DNA of 64,000 nucleotides from an uncultured Chlamydiae bacterium (GTDB lineage Bacteria > Chlamydiota > Chlamydiia > Chlamydiales > Parachlamydiaceae), in contig CAWHMU010000046.1 in the NCBI GenBank assembly GCA_963830365.1, positions 79,041 through 143,040 of the forward strand. The letters are read 5' to 3'. How positions within the stretch are numbered: position 1 is the stretch's first letter; every line of letters begins with the position of its first letter. Positions 30,533-38,838 of this stretch are shown in pieces. Under the pieces are notes generated by a model that was not told where the DNA came from, did no database searches, and saw nothing but the letters and a program-made list of their open reading frames with translations. The translations under genes and the position numbers were made by a program.

Positions 30533-31531
30533 ATGAAAAACCTGCTCATCTTTTTCTTTTTTTTCGCGTCCCTATATGGGGAGGATACAAAGAAGCAACG
30601 TGTAGATCTTGCCTCCTACTGTTATAAACTTTTGCCGATCGAGCAACTGGCTGCCCGGTATCCGGAAATATGCCCTATCGATGCATATCCGATGCAGTTT
30701 AAGCGTATCCGGGAAGACTATGATTTAATAGCTTCCTATGGCATCTATGAGTATGTTAAAAATTTCGCTGGCGATGACGCGGATTTGCGGAAAATCATCT
30801 TTTTTGATTATTGCCTGGATCCACAGATTTATGCCTTACCCTCTTCAAAAATGGTGCTTTTCAAATGGGAAGCCATCAAGATCGCCTCCTATTTGTATGA
30901 CCCCTACGCGCTGGTCTACACGATTGACGACGACCTCGTCGACGGCCAAAAGTTTTTCAAATTCTATTACCCAGCTCTTCTGCCCATGCTCGATGACCGC
31001 CCTTCTTTTCAGGATAAGAAACTGTGCACCATGATTGTTTCAAATTGGACTGCCGAAAGGATCGCTATAGTAGATTTTTTCGAAATGAAACCGGCCGGAG
31101 AATTTGAATTCTACGGCCATCCTACAGAAAAGATTATTGCCAGCAAGCTGTATAACGGCCCCATTCCCGGTTATTATTCAGGGACAGAAAAGCTCGCCAG
31201 ACTTAAAAACTATCGTTTCTGCCTCTGCTTTGAAAACACACATACGACGAAAGGCTACATCACCGAGAAAATTTTCGGCTGCTTTGCCGCCGGCTGTGTG
31301 CCCATCTATTGGGGACCTGAGAATATTGAAATGTATATTCCAAAGAATTGCTTTATCGACTATCGGGACTTCCAAAGCAATGAGGAGCTATATCAATATA
31401 TTAAAGCACTGCCACAAAGCACTTACGATGATTATATAGAAAATATTAGGCTTTTTCTGCAGAGCGAAGCTGCCCAAGTTTTTTCGCCTGAATATTTTGA
31501 CAAAATCCTCTACCAGGCCGCCAGCCGCTAA
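30533..31531 (+). CDS. Alpha-1,3/4-fucosyltransferase (GT10)
   Basis: YRFCLCFEN..GYITEKIFGCFAAGCVPIYWG. Confidence 0.88.
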   Translation: MKNLLIFFFFFASLYGEDTKKQRVDLASYCYKLLPIEQLAARYPEICPIDAYPMQFKRIREDYDLIASYGIYEYVKNFAGDDADLRKIIFFDYCLDPQIYALPSSKMVLFKWEAIKIASYLYDPYALVYTIDDDLVDGQKFFKFYYPALLPMLDDRPSFQDKKLCTMIVSNWTAERIAIVDFFEMKPAGEFEFYGHPTEKIIASKLYNGPIPGYYSGTEKLARLKNYRFCLCFENTHTTKGYITEKIFGCFAAGCVPIYWGPENIEMYIPKNCFIDYRDFQSNEELYQYIKALPQSTYDDYIENIRLFLQSEAAQVFSPEYFDKILYQAASR

Positions 31532-31532
31532 C

Positions 31533-32372
31533 TCAATCGTGGCTCATCAAGCCAAAATAATCCCATGGAAATGAGTCCATTAAAGGCCCTATGTCGATAC
31601 GAGCAGGCTCTTCACCACCCATCTGCAAAGCCTGTTGCACCGACGTGGCATACCCGAAGTTCGGCCTGGCAGTCGCTTCATAGTAGTCCTGGTATTTCAG
31701 TAACGGCTCTATCCATGTCATTTTAAGTAGTCGCGCAGGTATACCGAACGATTCTGCCACGATGATACCGTGTAATGAACTGGAAATTACCAGCCGGCTT
31801 TGAAGCATCCTCTTTACTATTTCATTCCATGGTTGGGTTGGCAAAACAACGTTCTTGTAAGATGTAAAGCATGGTATTTCACCAATATTTGGGATGATGA
31901 TGTAATCATAAAGAGGCTCCTCTTTTTCGAATTCAGGAAATAAGTGCCCCATTAACACCGCAGGATCCCCGTATACTTCAGGACAGGCGATGCCCTTTTT
32001 AAGCAGAAAATCGCGGGTTCTTGGTCCTCTGACAGCCCTGACATCCAGCTGATGGAACCTATTTTCCTGGAGGGGATTTTCCCGAAAGCCTGAACCCCAA
32101 ATGACATCATCATCCCTGGCGAAATGAAGGATAGAGCCTACCGCCAGTAAAATTTTCCCGTCGGATTCCAAAGAGCGATATTTAACGGGACGACCTAAAA
32201 TCCTTTCTACGATGACCCTTGATAGATCATCGCCGAAATTAGCGCCTTGAGAACTGTTCCACCAAAACATTGTGTCTTGTGCCGAGTAACACATAGAACC
32301 CGCCGATGCCGTGAGCAAGACAAACAAAACGCCAATATACTTTCCTATGCAGCTAGTTCTAATGGCTCTCAC
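31533..32372 (-). CDS. Polysaccharide pyruvyl transferase family protein
   Basis: NFGDDLS, VGSIL, IWGSG, AVRGPRT, GDPAVL, SSSLHGIIVAESFGIP. Confidence 0.88.
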   Translation of the reverse strand: MRAIRTSCIGKYIGVLFVLLTASAGSMCYSAQDTMFWWNSSQGANFGDDLSRVIVERILGRPVKYRSLESDGKILLAVGSILHFARDDDVIWGSGFRENPLQENRFHQLDVRAVRGPRTRDFLLKKGIACPEVYGDPAVLMGHLFPEFEKEEPLYDYIIIPNIGEIPCFTSYKNVVLPTQPWNEIVKRMLQSRLVISSSLHGIIVAESFGIPARLLKMTWIEPLLKYQDYYEATARPNFGYATSVQQALQMGGEEPARIDIGPLMDSFPWDYFGLMSHD

Positions 32373-32378
32373 CGTTGT

Positions 32379-33113
32379 TTAGAGGGTTTTTGTAATTGAC
32401 AAACGGTTTGCATTCTGGATGCATTGGCCATTTTTCCGAAAGAGCATATAGGGGGCGGAAGGTGAAAATGCCGATATCACGTCAGCCCTTTCCAAAAGAA
32501 AGACCAGCGCCTGCTGCATGCCATACCAATTTGGATCATTAAGCAGGATATAGCCGCCATCTTTTATTTTTGGAAAGTAACTGACAATATCATGGTAGGC
32601 ATATTCCGCGTTGTGGTTTCCGTCGAAGTGAATAAAATCAACCGTGTCGTCATCAAAAAGCTGCACAGCCTTTTGGGAAGCCTGCCTTAGCACTTTGCAA
32701 TGCTTGTCAAGTTCATGCTGATGGATCAAGTCCAAAGTCTGATGGTAGAAATGATTGAAATCCAGCCTGCTCCACCACTCAAAATTAGGGTCGGCAGTGT
32801 TAAAGCCGGCTATCGCTTCGAGGGCATCCCAGGCATCAATACCAAAGACTTGTCCCGAGCCCTGATACGACAAAGCTTTGGCTATGGGATACAGGGACAT
32901 ACCAGAAAAAACGCCAATTTCAAGGCAGCATTCACTTCTATTTTCTTTAATGAGATCCATCATCAAAAGGGCTTTTTCTCTAGAACACCAGCCCGGCACA
33001 GTAGACATTTTCAAAACGGTTTCTTCTTTAAAAAGCAGCCATGGATCTTGCGCCAAGAGCGGAGATATGGCGATGGTGAAAACGACCAAAAGTAGTAATA
33101 TCGTTTTGTTCAA
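32379..33113 (-). CDS. Class I SAM-dependent O-methyltransferase (Methyltransf_24-like)
   Basis: PGWC, LEIGVFSGMS, GIDAW, DFIHFDGNH, KDGGYILLND. Confidence 0.85.
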   Translation of the reverse strand: MNKTILLLLVVFTIAISPLLAQDPWLLFKEETVLKMSTVPGWCSREKALLMMDLIKENRSECCLEIGVFSGMSLYPIAKALSYQGSGQVFGIDAWDALEAIAGFNTADPNFEWWSRLDFNHFYHQTLDLIHQHELDKHCKVLRQASQKAVQLFDDDTVDFIHFDGNHNAEYAYHDIVSYFPKIKDGGYILLNDPNWYGMQQALVFLLERADVISAFSPSAPYMLFRKNGQCIQNANRLSITKTL

Positions 33114-33147
33114 TTAAGCCATTGCCTCGCCTTGTACTGCATGCATT

Positions 33148-34998
33148 CTAAAAGCACCAACTAAGGGATAACTTAACACTTTGAGAGATAAAATGCTCGT
33201 CGATTTCTATGTCATAGCACCCCTCGGCCGCCATGCCGTTGGCATGGCGCAGCATCAAACCCGCCGCACCGAGCAACCCGTTGCGATCCCTATTGAAGCC
33301 GTGGACTTTGAAAGAACCCCCTAAATCTTTTAGGCGGGAGGTTAGCGTGCGGTTGTCAAGCAACCGGTCGTGGATCCAGGCTACATAGATCTGTGGAATG
33401 ATCTCCACACAGGCAAAATCGCAGGCGCGGGAGATCCCGACGCCTAAGTTGGTGCGCAATGTCTGGGCGTTGCATCCACGGACCTCAAGATCCAAACTAT
33501 CCGCTCCGTGCTCTGTGAAGCCGTTTTGGTGGGCGTAAAAATAGGAAAGCCTGGCTAAAGGTGAAATCTGCCAGCTGCACAGGGGCAGATCACACCCTGC
33601 TAGCATGTGGACCGCCACATCATAACCTGTTTGCCGGCTATCTGCCTGGCGATCGACTCCGGGAAACTCTATGCTGCGGTGAGCTTTGGTCCAGCTGTAC
33701 CCGCCGGTGATGAGGCCGTCGACATGGAAATCAGCACCCAGGCATGAACTAAAAGGGCTATAACTGCCATAAAGAGCGAGTTTGGCGCTGGCAATGTGCG
33801 CAGAGCCGCGCTCTTGCTGCCATTTCAAATAACTATCCATGCCGGCCACACTAATCCCCATCGCCAGATCCTCTGCAGGCAGGCAATCAAAGGTCCCGAC
33901 AGCACCTCCTGTCCGGTCATTAAAGCCGGCCTGATGGTGTTCCCGTTGCACATGCATATATTCGCCTACACCCTGCAGGCTGAAGCGCGGGATGCCATCT
34001 TCTGAATCACAGCCGTCAGCGCAGCCACATGGATCACAGGCACATCTATGGCGGCAGGCCCTTAAAAGGCGGCAGCGTTCAAAGAGCGCATCGCTAAAGA
34101 GCAGGCTATTGCGCGTGACAACGAACGTGACGGCATTGTAATCCTGCGGACCAATTTGATTTAAGGCCTGCCTGATAGGATCCGGCCCATACGCCACCCA
34201 ATTTAAATAATCCAAGGCCGTATAAACATTTTCCAGATCGCTATAGGCCTGAGGGATATATTGGTCCAGGTAGGCCGCGATATGCTGCGTGTTGCCCGAA
34301 CCTGCCATAGGCCTGTATGATAGGGCTATATTGCCTATGGGCTGGGGATGGTCGCGGACTCCGACGAAAAACGCATAATCTGGAAAATAATGCGTGCCAT
34401 TGAAGTCTGACACGATGCGGTTCTGCACAGCACCGCCTTCTCCAAAACCGGCAATAGGTCCTGCAATCCCCGTCCAGAGGGCATAATCCTTTCCAGACAC
34501 AGGATTTGGCGAGGCCGGCAGATCCACATTCACGATTGCTGTAGGAGTGTTTGGCAAGGCAAAACGATCCTTCAGCTGCTCAGGAGTAAGCCCGCGCACG
34601 TATTCAGATCGCATGATCCATACGCCATTCGGACTGCTGCCCAGATTAGGCGTATACAAACGCACATAATGTTGGGGCGCTGTGAGCACAATTTCCGTGA
34701 CGGCTGTGCCGAGATCAAAGGGGGGTGTTGACGGAATCTCATTGAAATCCCATTGAGCGGTAATATAATTCACCTCTCCGACAGGTGTTGTCGGAGCCGT
34801 AAATGGCGGAATGCGGGACGGCGGCTGCAGAGGCAAAGGCGGGGCACCTGTCGTATCCCAAAGCCTGATCAAATTCCCTATCGGCTGCGTGATATCCTGC
34901 CAGCTAACACCTTCGGCCGGCACCGACCCTAATGCCGCAGCCATCAGGAGCATGTTTAGAGCCGTTTTGACGCGTGCATACATCTTTGCCTGTGACAT
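33148..34998 (-). CDS. Autotransporter with a toxin-like passenger domain
   Basis: Signal peptide, passenger, helical linker (IRQALNQIGPQDY), about 280-aa beta-barrel (FTEHGADSLDL) ending in aromatic WCF. Confidence 0.85.
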   Translation of the reverse strand: MSQAKMYARVKTALNMLLMAAALGSVPAEGVSWQDITQPIGNLIRLWDTTGAPPLPLQPPSRIPPFTAPTTPVGEVNYITAQWDFNEIPSTPPFDLGTAVTEIVLTAPQHYVRLYTPNLGSSPNGVWIMRSEYVRGLTPEQLKDRFALPNTPTAIVNVDLPASPNPVSGKDYALWTGIAGPIAGFGEGGAVQNRIVSDFNGTHYFPDYAFFVGVRDHPQPIGNIALSYRPMAGSGNTQHIAAYLDQYIPQAYSDLENVYTALDYLNWVAYGPDPIRQALNQIGPQDYNAVTFVVTRNSLLFSDALFERCRLLRACRHRCACDPCGCADGCDSEDGIPRFSLQGVGEYMHVQREHHQAGFNDRTGGAVGTFDCLPAEDLAMGISVAGMDSYLKWQQERGSAHIASAKLALYGSYSPFSSCLGADFHVDGLITGGYSWTKAHRSIEFPGVDRQADSRQTGYDVAVHMLAGCDLPLCSWQISPLARLSYFYAHQNGFTEHGADSLDLEVRGCNAQTLRTNLGVGISRACDFACVEIIPQIYVAWIHDRLLDNRTLTSRLKDLGGSFKVHGFNRDRNGLLGAAGLMLRHANGMAAEGCYDIEIDEHFISQSVKLSLSWCF

Positions 34999-35108
34999 AG
35001 AATCCCTTCCATAAAATGCTTTTAGCAGGCCTTGGAACTTTCAACCGACCGCAATAGCCGGTGAATCGGCCCCTCATGCAAAATTTATCTTTACATGCAA
35101 AGCGCCAG

Positions 35109-35325
35109 CCTTGTCAACCTGCAAATGGAATTCGGTCAAGATAAGAAGAGGGTCATGGCCACTGATGAAGTCAAGAAAGTTGTTTATCACAACAAGACCC
35201 TCTCTGTGAGCTCTGTAGGTTCTATGGAGGTAAATTTATACAAACACAAAGCCCACAGAACTCACAGAGAGGGACGATTAAATTTGTCGTGATCGAATGG
35301 GTTTACTGTGAAGCTGATAAAAGCC
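35109..35325. mobile_element. Degenerate MITE of the CCTTGT...TTCGGTCA end family, carrying CACAGAG repeats
   Basis: CCTTGTCAACCTG...TTCGGTCAAGATAA at left and TCGTGATCGAA...GAAGCTGATAAAAG at right; related to 49544-49693 and 53542-53756. Confidence 0.45.
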
Positions 35326-35339
35326 TAGAAGAGCGGGTT

Positions 35340-35741
35340 TTATAACATCTCGACTTTCTCAACATTTTCATAACAATCGTAATAAACCTTGAGTGCAAAA
35401 CAGCCATTTTCATCTACACAGACTTCGATAGGTGTTCCAACAACTTCCCAAAGGCCACAAGTACTGACGTCTAGAACTCCATGCATCAAAGCCCTTGCGG
35501 CAGATCCCTTTTCTTTTTGGTATTGATAAACCTCAACAAGACCTCCTGAAGCTAATCTTTCACTACTGATCACTGCAGCTCCCGCTGAAAGAAATTGTCC
35601 CCTCGTGCGGCATCCTTGAATTGTATCTAAACTCGTGCCGCTTTTCCTTGCCGCCATAACAACGGAACACGACGACAATAAACAAAGTAATGCCACGCAA
35701 ATCCCAACATGCCTTACAAGACTACGATTTAATTTAAACAT
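35340..35741 (-). CDS. Hypothetical lipoprotein
   Basis: Lipobox LLSSC; RALMHGVLDVSTCGLWEVVGTPIE. Confidence 0.8.
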   Translation of the reverse strand: MFKLNRSLVRHVGICVALLCLLSSCSVVMAARKSGTSLDTIQGCRTRGQFLSAGAAVISSERLASGGLVEVYQYQKEKGSAARALMHGVLDVSTCGLWEVVGTPIEVCVDENGCFALKVYYDCYENVEKVEML

Positions 35742-36575
35742 TTTACACCTATTTTTTATTTACAATATTTTTACTACTAAACCAGATTATCAAAATAGGC
35801 GAATAAAAAAAAGAAGATTTACCTTAGAAATTAGCCATCAAAAATTGTTGCAATAACATTTAATCTAACATGAAAACGTATCGCAAGGACTTTTTAAAAA
35901 ACTGCTTACCTACAAAACCTGATCATCATACAAAAAAAACAATATTAGACTTTATATAAACTATGAATTCATCGTTTAAAGTATGCTAGTTAGCGGTGAA
36001 GAGCGGCGATGGCATATAGACACAGGCGCAAGCTCAATGCTGGCTAAATAAAATAAATTGATAACAGCAGGTGATCTGTTTGGCCAAAGACTGGGGGTCG
36101 ATGGGCTTTTGATTTTTGCAGTTTTGGGCTATGCCGCGGGTATCCAGATAGTTTGTTGATTGGGTTGTGGAGGTGGCGTTCCCACTATCAGCGCCGGCGA
36201 CTGGCGGGGAATAACCTCCAATGGCACAGGATCGCTGATGCGCCAGATAAACGCTTCATGAATAGGATCCATGCTGATGGCTGCAGCGTTGTCTGCTGCC
36301 TGTAGGAATGGCTTTAGGAGCAAGAGTTGAAAAATAGGGATTTTTACATTGGATCGCTCTTGGTTAAATAGCGATATAACCTAAAGCTAAGCAATGTGGT
36401 TCATCACACAAATGAGTGGTTGACATTCATCCAGTTTTGGGGCCAAAGACGTGAAGTAGAGTATAGAGATGTTACTAGGCGAAGCCCATCTCTTTGTAGC
36501 CCGTTAGCTAAGGCTTGCGAGCGAAAGCGAAGACAGCCGCAGCTACGGGTTTTACAAACAAAAGATAACCCCATC

Positions 36576-36754
36576 GAGGCAATTGCATAAGTGACAATAA
36601 ATTGTTCTAAATTGAAGTTATTGTGAATTCTTGAAGTAAAGCTCGAGTTTTTGTGTAGTTTTGAGCGTTCTAGCATCGATTCATTTTGATCCCGGGTACG
36701 ATTGACTTCCAAAGAATCGCTGTATAACTCGTGAAATACTTTTGCAATTGTCTC
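36576..36754. mobile_element. 179-bp MITE derived from the IS1182-like element
   Basis: IR GAGGCAATTGCA / TGCAATTGTCTC; 4-bp direct repeat CATC at 36572-75 and 36755-58; the left end matches the IS end at 3875. Confidence 0.8.
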
Positions 36755-36904
36755 CATCGGGGTTCTTCTCTTTTAATCTATTAAGGTATAAGGACATAAA
36801 GAGAAGAACCCCGATGGGGTTATCTTTTGTTTGTAAAACCCGTAGCTGCGGATGTCTTCGCTTTCGCTCGCAAGCCTTAGCTGACGGGCTTCCGAGTAAC
36901 AATA

Positions 36905-37161
36905 GGTTGAATGCTTACGAAACTTATGCCTGCGTTATTGGTGGATATTTCATCATTTCTCCTGCTTTTGGAGTCGAAAGGCATTAATCATTAAAAAGGC
37001 GGAGGAAAGAACATAATGCCAGGCGATCTTCCGAACGGGATAGCTATGCTTCCCAATGATATTATCGCGATTCTTTCCGACCAAGCTACAAAACGGGCAT
37101 TCAGCACCAGTGCTCGATGGGTCAATTTTTTCCACGAATTTTTGATTACCGCTATTCAACC
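36905..37161 (-). ncRNA. Putative bridge/seek RNA in the 3' non-coding end of the IS110 element
   Basis: Closing stem GGTTGAATAGC/GCATTCAACC; two stem-loops ending CCCGT-TTTGTAGC (target match, 37085-37092) and CCCGT-TCGGAAG (donor-end match, 37028-37034). Boundaries are approximate. Confidence 0.7.
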
Positions 37162-37183
37162 GGTCTTACTTTTTTTGTCTTTT

Positions 37184-38581
37184 TTACGCCGCTACGGCAA
37201 CTAGTTTATAACCTAATTTTTCAGCTTTTTTATGCAACCCAGCCAAGTTTTTCATTGCATGCATTTTTTCATTATATTCGGCTCCTTTTTCATAATATTG
37301 CCAGCCTTCCTTACACATGTGATATACCATTGTCGCTAGCTTATGCGCTCCAGCCTTAATCCCTTTAGAGTTGTCCGTTCGGCCGCATATGCGCCTGATA
37401 TGTGCTCCCAATGCTGCATCTGATTTTTTAGCTGCCACTGCAGACATTCTTAAAGCTTGTGAAATGTAATTGGCGCTTGGTTTTTGCCTTTTGCTTTTAC
37501 GTCGTTTGCCTCCTGAAACATTGTTGCCGGGGGACAGTTTCAACCAGGAAGAAAATGCTTTTTCGCTATTCCATGCACTTACGTCAGTCCCTCCAAGTTC
37601 TGAATAAATGAGTAGAGCAGTACTATCTGCTATACCTGGCAGGGCAGTTAGGTCTATTCCCGTTTTTCTCCAGAGAGTGTCTCTGACACCAAAACAAAGA
37701 TCATTTTTCTTAGGTTTTTTGAATTGAGAAAACTGAGGACGCTTTTTTTTATCCTTATGGTTCTCTGGTGGAGGCGTATTGACTACATCAGGAAATCGCT
37801 CAAGCTCCTTCTGAATGCATTCGTCACATGCGTCCAGCTGTTTATGTGCAAAATCGTATTGATCTAGGGCTTGCTTTAGCGAAAAAATATGTTCATCTTG
37901 ATAATTCCCTGTCAGAGCTGCTACAAATAGGCTCTCTTCTTTTTTGCAAAGCTTATTCCTCATTGCAGCTAACTTATATGGATCTCTTTCACCAGCTGCT
38001 ATTGCTCGTGTTATATTTAAACCGGAGACTCCCGCTATATCGCTTACAGCGGTGCTCAGCTTGATATTCATTAGCTGCAAGGCTTTTTCCATATGCAGAA
38101 GTGCATATTGCTTCGTTTTGATGACATTCATGCGCTGTCTTACATACGCCCGCAATTTTAAACGATCGCGTGGCGGGCGATAAGCAGCTCTTAATAGACC
38201 ACAAGAATATAATGTTTGGATCCATTGAGCATCCACCACATCAGTTTTTCTCCCTGGTGGATTTTTTACATTTTTAGCATCCACTAAGACAGGCATCAAG
38301 CCTGATTCTTCCATAATTTCATATAGGGGAATCCAATAAACACCCGTAGCTTCCATAACACCAATTTCTACTTTAGCCTCTTTAAGAACTTTGACTATTT
38401 CACGGAGTTGAGGTGTCGTTGTACCAAATTCCCTCACGTAAGAACCACCTTTACCATCAGGAATAGCTACATGGATTAGCTTATCTCCTATATCGATGCC
38501 AGCAACAGTAGGATCGATATATCCAAGCCTGTTTTTATGTTGTTGTTTTTTGAAATGATTGGAATTGCTATTATTAGACAT
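37184..38581 (-). CDS. IS110-family DEDD transposase/recombinase, intact (465 aa)
   Basis: GIDIG, MEATGVYW, KTDVVDAQW (DEDD RuvC-like); C-terminal LTALPGI and NNVSGG (putative catalytic Ser); SD AAGGAG. Confidence 0.95.
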   Translation of the reverse strand: MSNNSNSNHFKKQQHKNRLGYIDPTVAGIDIGDKLIHVAIPDGKGGSYVREFGTTTPQLREIVKVLKEAKVEIGVMEATGVYWIPLYEIMEESGLMPVLVDAKNVKNPPGRKTDVVDAQWIQTLYSCGLLRAAYRPPRDRLKLRAYVRQRMNVIKTKQYALLHMEKALQLMNIKLSTAVSDIAGVSGLNITRAIAAGERDPYKLAAMRNKLCKKEESLFVAALTGNYQDEHIFSLKQALDQYDFAHKQLDACDECIQKELERFPDVVNTPPPENHKDKKKRPQFSQFKKPKKNDLCFGVRDTLWRKTGIDLTALPGIADSTALLIYSELGGTDVSAWNSEKAFSSWLKLSPGNNVSGGKRRKSKRQKPSANYISQALRMSAVAAKKSDAALGAHIRRICGRTDNSKGIKAGAHKLATMVYHMCKEGWQYYEKGAEYNEKMHAMKNLAGLHKKAEKLGYKLVAVAA

Positions 38582-38655
38582 GAACGATCTCCTTTTAGCT
38601 TTTTACTGTGAGAAAAAGAAAGCTATTATAAGAGATCGTTCTTTTTTTTCGAATT
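38582..38655 (-). promoter_or_regulatory. RBS-sequestering inverted repeat with an embedded sigma70-like promoter
   Basis: GAACGATCTC...GAGATCGTTC-ATG; TTCGAA-17 nt-TATAAT, with the -10 box inside the hairpin. Confidence 0.55.
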
Positions 38656-38838
38656 ATGACAACCGTTACTTTCCAGATATCAGCGTTAAACCGCTTGGGC
38701 GCTACAAAGAGATGGCTTCGCCTAGCAAAATTCTTATACACTTCTTCTCATCCTTGGCCTGGATGTTTAAATGCACGAAATTAAACCAATAGCCTCAGCT
38801 TCGTCCCTTAGACCGATAGGTCCTTTGCTTTGAATAAC

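Larger units (their letters stand above)
36888..38703 (-). mobile_element. Complete IS110-family insertion sequence
   Basis: Boundaries defined by comparison with empty copies of repeat U; AGC appears at both junctions; no terminal IRs; about 120-nt 5' and about 295-nt 3' non-coding ends. Confidence 0.9.
36475..38725. repeat. Inverted pair of repeat unit U, host to an IS1182-type MITE and the IS110 element
   Basis: Arms of about 110 bp; ends CTAGGCGAAGCC / GGCTTCGCCTAG. The right arm is split between 36800-36890 and 38704-38725 by the IS110 insertion. Confidence 0.85.

Noticed and set aside
36396..37159. Several short ORFs sharing CGCLRFRS / CERKRR peptides (also at 50904-51167)
   Set aside because: They are translations of repeat unit U and of the IS110 non-coding end, not genes.
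36888..38703. IS1111-type subterminal inverted repeats and a circle-junction promoter
   Set aside because: I found no convincing IR between the two ends and no correctly spaced -35/-10 pair across the junction.
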